Assembly (NCBI GenBank): GCA_039818205.1
Contig: JBCBUK010000009.1
Location: forward strand, 1 to 64,000
Direction of reading: 5' to 3'
DNA: 64,000 nt
Origin: Verrucomicrobiota bacterium
GTDB taxonomy: Bacteria; Verrucomicrobiota; Verrucomicrobiia; Opitutales; Cerasicoccaceae
Part shown: in pieces, positions 49,889 to 60,689 of the stretch
Position numbering within the stretch: the stretch's first letter is position 1
Layout of the letters: every line of letters starts with the position of its first letter
Made by a program: the position numbers and the translations under genes
The notes under the pieces: model-generated
The model's database searches: none
The model's input: the letters and a program-made list of their open reading frames with translations, nothing else
Told to the model about the DNA's origin: nothing

Positions 49889-51655
49889 ATGAACGCGAAC
49901 CAGGAATTCAGCCCTGAGCAGAAGCAATACCTTCAAGGCTTTTTTGCCGGCGTCGCCCAACGAACACCTTACTTCGTTGGTCAGACCGCCGATGGGCAAT
50001 TGACAAACGATCCCAGCGCCTCGAGTGGAGGCAACCTCGCCGATGACACGGTGCACGGCGTAGCCATTGACGACCTCAGCAAAGAGGAACGAATCAAGCA
50101 CGAACAACACGGCCTCGATGTTTGGGATACGTTACTTGATAACGCTGCGAAAAACAAATTTCCCGAAGGCGGAGATGTATTCCGCTACAAGTTTCACGGG
50201 CTGTTCTACGTCTCGCCGGCTCAAGAGTCGATGATGCTTCGTTGCCGTATCCCAGGATGCGTGCTCCGCTCAGATCAGATGGCGGGCTTGGCCGAGATCG
50301 CGGAAGACTGGGGCGGTAATTACGCTCACGTTACCACTCGGGGTAACTTTCAGGTCCGCGAGATTATGCCGAAGGATAGCGTCGACGTATTGGTCAAGAT
50401 GCGTGAGATTGGCCTGACCGCGCAGGGGTCGGGAGCAGACAACGTACGCAATATTACGGCGTCGCCGACCAGCGGCTTTGACCCATTGGAAGTGATGGAC
50501 GTCTTGCCCTTGGCCAAGGCGATGCACCACTACATTTTGAACAATCGCGACATGTATGATCTGCCGCGTAAGTTCAATATCGCTTTCGACAACGGTGGCT
50601 CGATTAGCGTCTGTGCTGACACCAACGATATCGCGTTCTATGCCGTTCGGGTGGGTGACGGGCAAGAGGTCGAGCCCGGCGTCTATTTCCGCGTCCAGCT
50701 TTGCGGAATCACGGGGCACAAGCAATTTGCGAAGGACTGCGGCCTGCTCCTCAAACCAGACGAGTGCGTTACCGTTGCTGCAGCGATGCTCCGCGTGTTC
50801 CAAGAGAATGGGGACCGTACGAGCCGCAAAAAAGCGCGCCTTAAGTATTTGGTCGATGACTGGGGTGTGGAAAAATATTTGGAAGAGACCGGCAAGAAGC
50901 TGGCTTTCGACCTGCGATACTTCCCATTGGAGAATTGTGAGCCACGTCAGCCGATTACCCGTCACGGTTACATCGGAGTCTATCCGCAGAAACAGGAAGG
51001 CTTCAATTTCATTGGCGTAACGGTCCCAGTCGGCCATATGACTCCGGATCAAATGAAGGGCGTTGCCCGAATCGCTCAGCGATTTGGAAAGGCTGAGATC
51101 CGTTTGACAGTTTGGCAGAATTTCATCATCCCGCACATCGCGGATGCCGACCTAGAGACTGTGCAGCAAGAGCTTCGTGCGTTGGGCTTTGATTACACCC
51201 ATGACCCGATTAGTAATGGCCTCGTCGCTTGCACGGGCAACGCTGGTTGCAAGTTTGCTGCCACGAGCACAAAAGCCCAGGCAATTTCATTGGGCAAGCA
51301 CCTGCGCGAAACCGTTAAGCTTGACCAACCAATTAATATCCACCTAACCGGCTGCCCGCATTCCTGCGCCCAACACTACGTGGGTGATATCGGCTTGCAG
51401 GGCGTCAAAGTCAAGGTCGATGGAGAGTCCGTCGAAGGCTACCAGATCGTGCTTGGTGGCGGTGTTGATGATGAACAAGGCATTGCGGCGGAGGTCTTTT
51501 CGTCGGTGCCCTTTAAGGATGTTCCCCAGCTCCTGGAAAACGTCCTCAAAACCTACCTGGAATCGCGCGAAGGGGAGGAGAGCTTTATTAGCTTCACCCG
51601 TCGCCACACAACCGAAGAACTCAAAGATCTCTTTTCTGCTCATGTCCTCAACTAG
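49889..51655 (+). CDS. nirA: Siroheme nitrite reductase (NirA family)
   Basis: [53 protein letters not shown]. Confidence 0.92.
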   Translation: MNANQEFSPEQKQYLQGFFAGVAQRTPYFVGQTADGQLTNDPSASSGGNLADDTVHGVAIDDLSKEERIKHEQHGLDVWDTLLDNAAKNKFPEGGDVFRYKFHGLFYVSPAQESMMLRCRIPGCVLRSDQMAGLAEIAEDWGGNYAHVTTRGNFQVREIMPKDSVDVLVKMREIGLTAQGSGADNVRNITASPTSGFDPLEVMDVLPLAKAMHHYILNNRDMYDLPRKFNIAFDNGGSISVCADTNDIAFYAVRVGDGQEVEPGVYFRVQLCGITGHKQFAKDCGLLLKPDECVTVAAAMLRVFQENGDRTSRKKARLKYLVDDWGVEKYLEETGKKLAFDLRYFPLENCEPRQPITRHGYIGVYPQKQEGFNFIGVTVPVGHMTPDQMKGVARIAQRFGKAEIRLTVWQNFIIPHIADADLETVQQELRALGFDYTHDPISNGLVACTGNAGCKFAATSTKAQAISLGKHLRETVKLDQPINIHLTGCPHSCAQHYVGDIGLQGVKVKVDGESVEGYQIVLGGGVDDEQGIAAEVFSSVPFKDVPQLLENVLKTYLESREGEESFISFTRRHTTEELKDLFSAHVLN

Positions 51656-53423
51656 TCCTCAATCGTTAGTCCCGTATTTGCCAGACAACGCCCCATTTTC
51701 GTCGGAACAGCGGGCATACCTTAATGGTCTGCTAGCGGGCATTTTCTCCTCGGCTCCATCGGGTGTTCCTGCGGCAGCGGCTGAGCCCGCTCGCCCTATG
51801 ACGATCCTCTTTGGGTCGCAGACCGGTAACTCCGAAAGTGTCGCCAAACAGGCTGCCAAAAAGGCCAAAGCTCAGGGCTTTGCCGCCGAGGTGTTCGATA
51901 TGGAAGCATATCCACAAGAGCGTTTGGCTTCGGAGCAAAACCTCTTGATCATCACGTCGACTTATGGTGAGGGTGATCCGCCGGACAATGCGATGGAACT
52001 GCATGCTTACGTGCATTCCGACAGTGCGCCCAAGTTGGATAATGTTCGCTTTTCAGTTCTCGGATTGGGCGATTCAAACTACCCGGATTTCAATCAATGC
52101 GCGAAGGAATTTGATGCCCGCCTCGTGGAGCTGGGTGCCTCGCGGATGTATGACGGCATTTATTGCGACGTGGATTTTGACGAAGATTTCGAGCGTTGGT
52201 TGGACGGCACATTGAGCGCTGCCAGCGAAGGGGGTTCCGGTAATGGCGCCGCGCCAGCGCCTGCAATCGATATTGCTCCGCCTGCGGCTTCAACCAAGCC
52301 CGAGGGCTACAGTCGCAAGAATCCATTTCCGGCCACGTTGCTTAAGAATTACAATCTGAATAAGGAAGGCTCAGCTAAGGAAACGCGCCACGTTGAAATC
52401 TGTCTAAAAGATTCTGATTTGGAATATGAGGCGGGCGATGCGCTTGGCGTCGTTCCGGTGAACTGCGCCGACTTGGTTGAGGAGTTCTTGCAGGTCACGC
52501 AGTTTGACGGCGAAGAGGGCGTCCCAGGTGCAACTGGTGACGAGGTGCCACTTCGATTGGCGTTGGCCGAACACTACGACATCACCACCATCAGCAAGCT
52601 GTTTTTGGCAAACTTCGCACCGTTTGCGAATAACCAAACCTTGAATGGGTTGTTAGCAGACGGGAATGGAAACATCGATGAGTATATGGAGGGACGTCAG
52701 ATCATTGATTCTCTAATCGATTTCCCTGCGAAGTGGCCCAATGCGAGTGAGTTTGTTGCGATGTTCAAGAAGCTTGCTCCGCGTCTGTATTCGATCTCTT
52801 CGAGCCCTAAGGCACACCCGGAACAGGTTCACTTAACCGTTGGCGCAGTTCGGTACGAAACGCATGGCCGTTCCCGCAAAGGCGTCTGCTCCACCTTCCT
52901 TGCCGATATGCCAGAAGGCACTGAGATTCGGGTTTATATTCAACCGAATAAACACTTCAAGCCTCCGGCAGATCTGAATCATCCGATGATTATGGTTGGG
53001 CCGGGAACCGGAATTGCGCCGTTTCGTGCGTTCCTAGAGGAACGTGCCGCCACGAAAGCTCCTGGAAAGAACTGGCTCTTCTTTGGTGATCAAAAGTCTG
53101 ATTTCGATTTCCTCTACCAGGACCAGCTGAATTTCATGAAGGCGACGAAGCAGCTGCACCGGTTGGATTTGGCCTTTTCCCGCGATGGCGGCGCTAAGGT
53201 CTACGTGCAACATCGCATGCTGGAACAAGCGGAAGAATTGTTCACCTGGCTCGAGGAGGGCGGCCACTTCTATGTCTGTGGCGATGCTTCCCGGATGGCT
53301 AAGGATGTCGACCGCGCGCTGCACGAAGTCGTGATCAAGGCTGGTGGCAAAAGCGAAGAAGAGGCAGCAGCCTATGTCGATGAGCTGCGAAAGCAGAAAC
53401 GCTACGTTCGCGACGTTTACTAA
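51642..53423 (+). CDS. CysJ-like diflavin (FMN/FAD, NADPH) reductase; probable electron donor to NirA
   Basis: [66 protein letters not shown] 51642 overlaps the end of nirA. Confidence 0.9.
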   Translation: MSSTSPQSLVPYLPDNAPFSSEQRAYLNGLLAGIFSSAPSGVPAAAAEPARPMTILFGSQTGNSESVAKQAAKKAKAQGFAAEVFDMEAYPQERLASEQNLLIITSTYGEGDPPDNAMELHAYVHSDSAPKLDNVRFSVLGLGDSNYPDFNQCAKEFDARLVELGASRMYDGIYCDVDFDEDFERWLDGTLSAASEGGSGNGAAPAPAIDIAPPAASTKPEGYSRKNPFPATLLKNYNLNKEGSAKETRHVEICLKDSDLEYEAGDALGVVPVNCADLVEEFLQVTQFDGEEGVPGATGDEVPLRLALAEHYDITTISKLFLANFAPFANNQTLNGLLADGNGNIDEYMEGRQIIDSLIDFPAKWPNASEFVAMFKKLAPRLYSISSSPKAHPEQVHLTVGAVRYETHGRSRKGVCSTFLADMPEGTEIRVYIQPNKHFKPPADLNHPMIMVGPGTGIAPFRAFLEERAATKAPGKNWLFFGDQKSDFDFLYQDQLNFMKATKQLHRLDLAFSRDGGAKVYVQHRMLEQAEELFTWLEEGGHFYVCGDASRMAKDVDRALHEVVIKAGGKSEEEAAAYVDELRKQKRYVRDVY

Positions 53424-53451
53424 TTTGGCGAGAACGCCCTACGCTACATCC

Positions 53452-53485
53452 AAAAAACAACTGCCATGAACGTGGCAGTTTTTTT
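53452..53485. terminator. Bidirectional intrinsic terminator
   Basis: aaaaaac-AACTGCCAT-gaac-GTGGCAGTT-ttttt between convergent genes. Confidence 0.8.
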
Positions 53486-53771
53486 ATGCGTCGGACTTCA
53501 ATTTTTCTTTCAGCCGCGCTTTACATTCGTCGGACATCCCTTCCTTAACGGCTTTGTCGGCAATTTTCTCCGCATTTACATCGAGGTTGCAGTGCATCAT
53601 CTCGATCTGCTTTTCGTATCGCGCGGTGTAGGGACACATGAAGCAAAGGATCTTCAGCTTCAGTTTTTCGCCAAATGTGAGTTTGCGCTCGCACGACTCA
53701 GATACCAGACGAACGGCGTCATGGCAGCTGAGAAAGTTTCGATTGAACCACTTGTAGATCGCGTAAAACAT
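53484..53771 (-). CDS. Small zf-HC2-like (anti-sigma-type) protein
   Basis: LSCHDAVRLVSESCERKLTFGEKLKLKILCFMCPYTARY resembles the zf-HC2 pattern with a degenerate HxxxCxxC. Confidence 0.7.
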   Translation of the reverse strand: MFYAIYKWFNRNFLSCHDAVRLVSESCERKLTFGEKLKLKILCFMCPYTARYEKQIEMMHCNLDVNAEKIADKAVKEGMSDECKARLKEKLKSDA

Positions 53772-53835
53772 GAAAATAAGATAACTCTGCTAAAGTTTTG
53801 ACGGTAGTGTTGGCAAAACCTTGCACTCGTTCAAT

Positions 53836-54552
53836 TTATTTTTGTTCCACAAAAAAAAGAAATAATTCTGGTACGTTTTGGGCACTGAAATCTGGCAGCG
53901 GGGGAGATTGCCTAGCTCCTTTAGGGCCAACCAGTGCCGAACGCCATCCCGCCTGATTTGCGCCCTGGATATCTTCGTAGGGGCTGTCGCCAACGTGGAG
54001 AATTGACCCAGCTGGCTGATTGATCGCAATTTCGACCTGACTAAACGCTTCTTGAGCGGGTTTTTCAGCTCCTAGCTCGACTGAGAGGAAGACTGCGTGA
54101 AAATATTTTGCGAGCCCAATCCCTTCGAGAACCGAGTGAAGACGCTCGTCGTTGTTGGAGAAAAGATAGATTGGCAGACCGCGAGATTGCAATTTCGATA
54201 GGGTGTCGACGATGCCCGGCAAAATTTTCCACCGATCGGGAGACGAAAAGGAGCGCCACAATTCTCGAAAAATAGGTTCCATATCCGCCTCGGCGGTCAA
54301 TCCCGAGAATGTCTGAAAGACAATTTGTTTCCATCGCACTTGATCCAAAAGGGCTGCAGGATTCTCGGCCTTCAAAGCCTTGAAAACATGTCTAAAACGG
54401 TTTTCTAAAATTTCCGGTTCAAGAGAATAACCAAAACTTTTAGCCGTTTCTGCGTAAACTTCGCCAACGGACGGATGAGGGACAATGAGGGTTCCAGCGG
54501 CATCAAAGGTGATCGCTTCAATGCCCTTTAGTAAGTCACTTGGATGATTCAC
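53836..54552 (-). CDS. HAD-superfamily hydrolase
   Basis: FDAAGTL, SNND, EKP, HVGDSPYEDIQGA. Confidence 0.9.
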   Translation of the reverse strand: MNHPSDLLKGIEAITFDAAGTLIVPHPSVGEVYAETAKSFGYSLEPEILENRFRHVFKALKAENPAALLDQVRWKQIVFQTFSGLTAEADMEPIFRELWRSFSSPDRWKILPGIVDTLSKLQSRGLPIYLFSNNDERLHSVLEGIGLAKYFHAVFLSVELGAEKPAQEAFSQVEIAINQPAGSILHVGDSPYEDIQGANQAGWRSALVGPKGARQSPPLPDFSAQNVPELFLFFVEQK

Positions 54553-55342
54553 GGTCGAGGTGTTGGTCGAGGCCCAGCTCTGCTCGAATGCGTTTGCTTT
54601 CGATGGCTTGCGCTAGCTTCTGCTTGTTCAAATCGTAGCGATCCCGGGAAAGTTCGCCGTGGTTCAAATGGGCCAGCTGGCAGCGGCCGTAGACGAATTT
54701 CCGGGTGCGACCCAGGTGGTATAGGCGGGCCGCCAAATCGGAATCTTCTGCTCCCCAGCCCTCGAAGCTTTCGTCGTAGCCGTTTACGGCGATCAGGTCG
54801 TCCCGCCAGATTCCAAGATTACAGCCCAAGATACCGGTGAGTTCCTGGTTGCGCTTTATGACCGGCCGCGGCCATCGAATGGCTTTGAACGCACCGGAAA
54901 TTTTCCCAGAGAAAAACAAGGATTTCAGAGATGATTTGCCAGCAATCAGTCCTGGAACCTGAGCTTCTGGGACGAAACAGCGCCGTCCTTGGACAAAGCT
55001 TGGTCGCTCAGCCATGAGCCGGTGGTCGGAGACAAAGCGGCGAAATGGCAGGCAATCGCCGTCGATGAATACCAGGTAGTCAGACTTTGCTTGAGCGATA
55101 GCGAGGTTGAGCACTCGCGAACGCCGATAGCCATCGTCTGCCTGCCAGATGTGATGAACCGGGTAGGTTGAGCGCGATTGCCAGTCTCTCACCAAATCGC
55201 GGGTTTCGTCGGCTGAACCATCGTCTGCGATGAGGAGTTCGTCGGGCTTTTGGTTGCCCTGATTTAGCCACCGCAACACCGCATCGAGTTTCTTCGGTGC
55301 ATTGTAGGTGTTGATCACTAGGGCGAGGCTCGGCTGACTCAT
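54536..55342 (-). CDS. GT2 glycosyltransferase
   Basis: INTYN, IADDGS, FIDGDC, GCNL, VNGYDESFEGWGAEDSDL. Confidence 0.9.
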   Translation of the reverse strand: MSQPSLALVINTYNAPKKLDAVLRWLNQGNQKPDELLIADDGSADETRDLVRDWQSRSTYPVHHIWQADDGYRRSRVLNLAIAQAKSDYLVFIDGDCLPFRRFVSDHRLMAERPSFVQGRRCFVPEAQVPGLIAGKSSLKSLFFSGKISGAFKAIRWPRPVIKRNQELTGILGCNLGIWRDDLIAVNGYDESFEGWGAEDSDLAARLYHLGRTRKFVYGRCQLAHLNHGELSRDRYDLNKQKLAQAIESKRIRAELGLDQHLDRESSK

Positions 55343-56157
55343 GGCTTGCTGGAGCCACCTGGCTTGAAGCGTTCGCGAACCTCGGGGGTGGTTTGATACT
55401 CGTAGAGGCGGCTATGGCGAACGAGTGCGGCAAAGGCCGTCAGCACCGCCGCGTAAAAGCCTGGGAAACCATCGAGAAAGCCTCGTCGAAGGAAATAGGC
55501 ACGAAAGAATCGCCAAGGCGGCCGGAACAGAGCGTGGGAGAGACGCCAGGATTTTCCGGCGTCCAACTGCCGCTGTAAGTAGATGTCGGCAAAATAGTTA
55601 ATCTTCACGATTTGATCGTTGAGCGTCGGGTTCGTGTAGTGGTGAAGGTCGGTGTTTAGGCGCTTGGCGTTGCCCTCAATCTCCATACGATCATGCTCAC
55701 GACTGCCTGCCCAGTGGCCCTTGCCCCGGCGAATGAGGCGCAGGCTGCGGTCCGGATACCAGTCCCCATGCATCATCCACCGCCCGAGAAACCAAACTTT
55801 TCGCGGAAACGACGCCCCATTGTAGGAGGGATCATCATTCTCAATAAAATGACGTAGGTCCGCCGCGAGCTCAGGTGAGAGTTCCTCGTCGCAGTCCAAG
55901 CAGAGGACCCAGGGAAGCGTGGCTTTTTCTAACGCAATGTTCTTCTGATCGCGGTGTCCATGCCAGGTTTCCTCGAAGATCGTTGCGCCGTACTGATCGC
56001 GGGCAATTGTCTCGGTGCCATCGTCACAGTCATTGTAAACCACGATTATCTCCTGAGCCAGGGCTTGGACACTGTCCAAACAGCGGCGAATGCGGTCGGC
56101 CTCATTGTGGGCGATCACGCAAACAGACAACGGCAGACTTCCCTGCGGGCTAGCCAT
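55339..56157 (-). CDS. GT2 glycosyltransferase (WaaE/KdtX-like, LPS core)
   Basis: IAHNEADRIRRCL, QKNIAL, WVLCLDCDE, WYPD..RL, GFLDG..G. Confidence 0.88.
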   Translation of the reverse strand: MASPQGSLPLSVCVIAHNEADRIRRCLDSVQALAQEIIVVYNDCDDGTETIARDQYGATIFEETWHGHRDQKNIALEKATLPWVLCLDCDEELSPELAADLRHFIENDDPSYNGASFPRKVWFLGRWMMHGDWYPDRSLRLIRRGKGHWAGSREHDRMEIEGNAKRLNTDLHHYTNPTLNDQIVKINYFADIYLQRQLDAGKSWRLSHALFRPPWRFFRAYFLRRGFLDGFPGFYAAVLTAFAALVRHSRLYEYQTTPEVRERFKPGGSSKP

Positions 56158-57175
56158 GAGCGATGTCCTCCAATAACTGATGCGCACTGCGGGCTATCTC
56201 GGCGGGCGTCACTGTGTCAATGCAGCGATTGGGTAGGGCACACTGGTGCAGGTGGCCGGAGCATGGGCAGGCCAATCCTTGATGGCAGACTTGATGCTTG
56301 CCTAAAGGAGCCCAGCGGGAGGACGCCGTCGGCCCAAAAAATCCGATTGTTGGGACGCCCAGGCCAGCGGCTAAGTGAAGTGGCGCTGTATCAGGTGAAA
56401 TAAAGAGCTTGGCCAGCGAGAGCGTGGCAATGAAGTGATCGAGAGTCTCGAATGCGGGGAGGGTCCGCAAATCTGGACGGCGCTCTTGCAATTTCCTGAG
56501 CAAGTCCTGCTCTCGCTCGCTGGGACCTGCTGTAAATGCGAGCTCATAAGGCAAGTCGGATAGGCGGTCCGCCAGGTCCGACCAGTATTCGACGGGCCAT
56601 TCCTTCTTTTCCTGGCTGGTGGATAGGTGCCCGATGATGGTTGGTTTTGAGATCAGTTCGCGCGCCGCGGATAGCGCATCTTCCCGCGGAGAAAGTTCAA
56701 GCCCCAGCGCTTCGCGATCAAAGGGGACGTCCCATGCACTTAGCACGTAGGCGTCACGCACCGATTCATGCCGGGTGGTATCCAGTTCCTCAATCGTCTG
56801 AGTGTAGCAACGGGTTCGTCCCGAGAAACCTTTGGGGGCAATGACACCGAGGCGCTCGCGAGCGCCGATCATTCGTGAGAGCACCGCTCCGCGATCATTG
56901 CCCACAAAATCTACGCTGCGGTCGAATTTCTCAGAACGCAGTTGCCGGACAATGGGTAGGCTGTCGCGGAGGCGAAGCTTGCCGCGGGTGCGCGGTAGCG
57001 CCCAGACGTGGTCCAACCAACCTAAACCGGTGAGCAGGGGAGCCGCTTCGGCTGCCACAAGGGTATGGAGTTCGGCTTGAGGGTAACGTTGGCGAAGCAT
57101 ACGCAGCGCGGGCACCATCAGAGCCACATCGCCGAGAAATTTAAATTTGATTGCCAGGATTTTTTCGCTGCCCAC
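56150..57175 (-). CDS. GT9 glycosyltransferase (LPS heptosyltransferase-like)
   Basis: FLGDVAL..P, KEWP, SPDTAPLHLAAGLGVPTIGFFGPT. Confidence 0.9.
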   Translation of the reverse strand: MGSEKILAIKFKFLGDVALMVPALRMLRQRYPQAELHTLVAAEAAPLLTGLGWLDHVWALPRTRGKLRLRDSLPIVRQLRSEKFDRSVDFVGNDRGAVLSRMIGARERLGVIAPKGFSGRTRCYTQTIEELDTTRHESVRDAYVLSAWDVPFDREALGLELSPREDALSAARELISKPTIIGHLSTSQEKKEWPVEYWSDLADRLSDLPYELAFTAGPSEREQDLLRKLQERRPDLRTLPAFETLDHFIATLSLAKLFISPDTAPLHLAAGLGVPTIGFFGPTASSRWAPLGKHQVCHQGLACPCSGHLHQCALPNRCIDTVTPAEIARSAHQLLEDIAHG

Positions 57176-57240
57176 CGTAAATGCACTAATTCGAACTGCG
57201 GACTTCCGCCCTTAAAACTTTACGCGATAACGATTAAGCC

Positions 57241-58266
57241 ATGACCGAGCAAGGACGAAGCTTTTTTCAGGCGATTCAGACCGCTGAGCGCGTCCTTGTC
57301 CTCGATCTCGGGTTTTTGGGCGACACGATCCACCTGATTCCGGCTCTGCACGAATTGCGATCGGCGTTGCCCAACGCCACGATTGACGTCATGGCTGCCG
57401 ATCACGTGAAAGTCATCCTGCAGGTCGTACCTGGATTGGGGGAAATTCTCGGTTACCCGCGGTTTCCAAAAGGTCCACGGTGGTATCAAGATTTTGGGCG
57501 AGTTTCAGCCCTGCGCAAGCGACGGTACGATGCGGTCATCAATCTTAACGGATCAGACCGCTCTAGTATTCTGACCAGGGCAACTGGAGCCCGTTTTCGC
57601 TTGGGTCGTGTGCCGCCAAAGCCGGCGCTGTTTTGGCCCTACTGCTTCTCTCACACGGTCGACGTCCAACATGGCGGTCGCCCGGTTTTCCAACAGCGTT
57701 GGGAATGCCTTGAACAAGCAGGCTTCCCGGTTTCGGCAGAACCGTATTTTAACGTGGCAGTCCCAGCGGACATCGATGCTTCCGTCGCGGAAAAACTGTC
57801 AGGCGAACGCGGCTATATCCATGTGAGCCCGTGCACGACTCAGGACCATAAAGAGCTTCCGATGGGCGAGCTGATTTCATTGGTCGACCGCCTGATCGAG
57901 GCCGATGGCGGGCAAAAAGTTGTTCTTTCCTGCGCGCCCAATGATCGCGAGCGCGAGAAAATGCTGACGCTATTGGGGGGCTTGAAGAACGAAGCGTGGC
58001 GCGTGTTTTCGGGCGATTTGAGCCTTCTGGAACTCGCCGCGGTGATGGGGCGGGCAACGGTCCATTTTGGAGGTGACTCCGGTGCATTGCACTTGGCCCT
58101 CATGATGAATGCGCCCACGGTTTCTTGGTTTCGCGACTACGGCGGGAAAAGTGAGTGGCTGCCTCAAGGGCCGGAACATGCCACTATCTTGGGGGTTGAG
58201 TCGCCGAATGGATTAAAGGGGATATCGGCGGAGGGTTTGATCGCGGCGTGGCAGAGGACCTCCTAA
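57241..58266 (+). CDS. GT9 glycosyltransferase
   Basis: FLGDTIHLIP, GGDSGALHLA..PTVSWF. Confidence 0.88.
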   Translation: MTEQGRSFFQAIQTAERVLVLDLGFLGDTIHLIPALHELRSALPNATIDVMAADHVKVILQVVPGLGEILGYPRFPKGPRWYQDFGRVSALRKRRYDAVINLNGSDRSSILTRATGARFRLGRVPPKPALFWPYCFSHTVDVQHGGRPVFQQRWECLEQAGFPVSAEPYFNVAVPADIDASVAEKLSGERGYIHVSPCTTQDHKELPMGELISLVDRLIEADGGQKVVLSCAPNDREREKMLTLLGGLKNEAWRVFSGDLSLLELAAVMGRATVHFGGDSGALHLALMMNAPTVSWFRDYGGKSEWLPQGPEHATILGVESPNGLKGISAEGLIAAWQRTS

Positions 58267-58270
58267 CGCA

Positions 58271-58301
58271 GGAGTGCCAGCCCCTAAGGACTGGCACTTT
58301 T
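58271..58301 (+). terminator. Intrinsic terminator
   Basis: AGTGCCAG..CTGGCACT followed by TTT, just after the GT9 stop. Confidence 0.7.
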
Positions 58302-58339
58302 CCTACTGTTACTTTACTCTGCTCTAACTAACTTACTGC

Positions 58340-58882
58340 TCAAGAATTTTGATCTGCTTCAGAAATTTCTTTTAGGGCTCCGATGTATTCTTCGGTTGGT
58401 GCTCCGGTATACATCATCTTGGCCAACGGAGTTCCATCTTTTCCGAGAACGACCATTGTTGGGAAGCCTTCGACTTGAAAGATCGAGTGGAGGGCCTTGT
58501 TTTGTCTTTGGAGAACATCGGTTTGTGGCTTGAAACGCGGGAAGTCTACATAGACTTGGACCAGGTTTTCATCGGCATAGGCCTTAAAGTCATCGGAATC
58601 CAAGACTCGACGCTGGAGCATCGTGCATGGTGGGCACCAATCAGATCCGGTAAATTTTACCAACACCTGTTTGTTTTCGGTCTTGGCCTGCTCAATCGCT
58701 GCATTGATGTCAGTTATCCATCCGTCTGGGACATTTGGCTGAGGAGCCGTCGAAACGGTGGAGGTGGCTCCAGTGCCTTGCCCAACTTCAAAGTCAAATG
58801 GGAGGGCGCAGGTTCGAGTTCCACCGAAATAAGCGGCTGCGCCAAGCGCAAGAGCGGAAAATACAATCAGAGAGTGTTTCAT
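58340..58882 (-). CDS. Exported thioredoxin-family protein
   Basis: Signal peptide; FTGSDWCPPC; VEGFPT. Confidence 0.9.
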   Translation of the reverse strand: MKHSLIVFSALALGAAAYFGGTRTCALPFDFEVGQGTGATSTVSTAPQPNVPDGWITDINAAIEQAKTENKQVLVKFTGSDWCPPCTMLQRRVLDSDDFKAYADENLVQVYVDFPRFKPQTDVLQRQNKALHSIFQVEGFPTMVVLGKDGTPLAKMMYTGAPTEEYIGALKEISEADQNS

Positions 58883-59027
58883 TTTAGTTCCTTTATAAGT
58901 ATGACTATTTGACGCATAATCTATTCCAACATTTCAAAAAAAATTTGCCGTATGCCAAGAATCAGTGTAAATTTAGATATAGAAAATTCTTTACTCGTTG
59001 GAAAATAACAGGTTGTAAAATACGCCA

Positions 59028-60665
59028 TTGAAGACATTTGACGTAATCGTGGTTGGATCGGGAATCGCCGGTCTCAGCTTTGCATTGGGAATGGGCCGCT
59101 TGGGCTACCGAGTTGCGATCATCACCAAGAAGGATCGTGCCGAGTCCAACACCAACTATGCCCAAGGGGGCATTGCCAGTGTCACCTCGCAGAAGGACGA
59201 TTTTGAGCTTCATGTCAAAGACACTATAACTGCAGGTGACGGACTTTGCAACGAGGACGTCGTCCGCGAGATCATTAGCGCTGGTCCTGATCGGATTAAC
59301 GAGCTGATTGAGCTTGGTGTCGCGTTCACCCATCTGGGCGATGGGCGTGTGTCCTTGCACAAAGAAGGCGGACACAGCAAGCGCCGGATTCTACATGTTA
59401 AAGATCTCACCGGTGCAGCGATCGAGGCGGCAATGCTCGATGCGGTTGCGGCCTGTAAGACGATTGAGGTCTTTGAGCATTACATGGCCATCGACTTAAT
59501 TACGTTTGAAAAGCTCAGGCGAAAGGGGATGTCGCTTGGACCGATGCAGAATCAAGTGGTTGGATTGTATGCGCTCGATTCGTTGAACGGAAAGGTTGAA
59601 GCCTTTTCTTCCCGTGTTGTCATGATGGCCACGGGTGGAGTCGGGCAGGTATACCAGTATTCGACGAATCCGACAATAGCGACGGGAGATGGCATTGCGA
59701 TGGCTTTCCGAGCAGGTGCCGAAGTCCGCAACATGGAGTTTATCCAGTTTCATCCGACCTCGCTGTTCACCTATACCAATGAGCGCTTCCTGATCTCGGA
59801 AGCGGTGCGTGGCGAAGGGGCTATCCTTAGAAATCTCAAACGACAGCCCTTCATGGAACGCTACGATGATCGCAAGGAGCTTGCGCCACGGGATATTGTG
59901 GCTCGTGCGATTGATAGCGAGATGAAGAAAAGCGGTGCCCAGCACCTGTGGCTCGATATCACCGAGCAATCGGAGGCAAGCGTGCGGGATCGTTTCCCGA
60001 ATATTTTTGAGGCGCTGCAGAAGCAGGGAGTGAATATGGCGAATGACCCGATTCCCGTGGTTCCGGCGTGTCATTACCTTTGCGGCGGGGTAACAACCGA
60101 CCTTGCGGCCCAAACGAGTCTCCCAGGGTTGCTGGCTTGCGGTGAGGTTGCTTGCACTGGGCTTCACGGCGCTAATCGTCTTGCGAGCAACTCGCTACTC
60201 GAGGCCTGTGTGCTAGCGCGGGCGGGCGTCGATACAGCAACGCGAATCCTTCAGCAGACGCCGGTGAGTTGCCCCTCGCTACCCGATTGGGTCGATGGCG
60301 ATATGCGCGACCCGGATGAACGGGTGGTCCTTTCGCACAACCTCGATGAGTTGAAGCGGACGATGTGGGACTATGTGGGTATTGTTCGAACCACCAAGCG
60401 GCTACGCCGAGCGAAAACACGGGTGAACAATCTCCAGACGGAGATTAATGAATATTACTGGAACTTTAAGGTCGAACCAGACCTCCTTGAGCTGCGCAAT
60501 CTGATCCAAGTCGCCGAACTAATTATCGACTGTGCGCTGCAGCGCCGAGAGTCGCGCGGGCTGCACTTCACGTTAGATTTTCCCGATCAGCTAGCCGAGC
60601 CGGAGGATAGCATCGTGAATCATCATGCAAGTATGCATGATCATCGAATTCACGCGCAACTTTAG
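59028..60665 (+). CDS. nadB: L-aspartate oxidase
   Basis: GSGIAGL, YAQGGIA, EGGHS.RRILH, QFHPT, ELAPRDIVAR, GLHGANRLASNSLLE, ESRGLH. Confidence 0.95.
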   Translation: MKTFDVIVVGSGIAGLSFALGMGRLGYRVAIITKKDRAESNTNYAQGGIASVTSQKDDFELHVKDTITAGDGLCNEDVVREIISAGPDRINELIELGVAFTHLGDGRVSLHKEGGHSKRRILHVKDLTGAAIEAAMLDAVAACKTIEVFEHYMAIDLITFEKLRRKGMSLGPMQNQVVGLYALDSLNGKVEAFSSRVVMMATGGVGQVYQYSTNPTIATGDGIAMAFRAGAEVRNMEFIQFHPTSLFTYTNERFLISEAVRGEGAILRNLKRQPFMERYDDRKELAPRDIVARAIDSEMKKSGAQHLWLDITEQSEASVRDRFPNIFEALQKQGVNMANDPIPVVPACHYLCGGVTTDLAAQTSLPGLLACGEVACTGLHGANRLASNSLLEACVLARAGVDTATRILQQTPVSCPSLPDWVDGDMRDPDERVVLSHNLDELKRTMWDYVGIVRTTKRLRRAKTRVNNLQTEINEYYWNFKVEPDLLELRNLIQVAELIIDCALQRRESRGLHFTLDFPDQLAEPEDSIVNHHASMHDHRIHAQL

Positions 60666-60689
60666 TGTAAAAAAGCCGTTAATAAGTAT

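Noticed and set aside
58895..58980. dif-like or NrtR/NadQ-like operator upstream of nadB (GTATGACTATTTGACGCATAA)
   Set aside because: No XerD arm, and the palindrome is too imperfect to call by eye.
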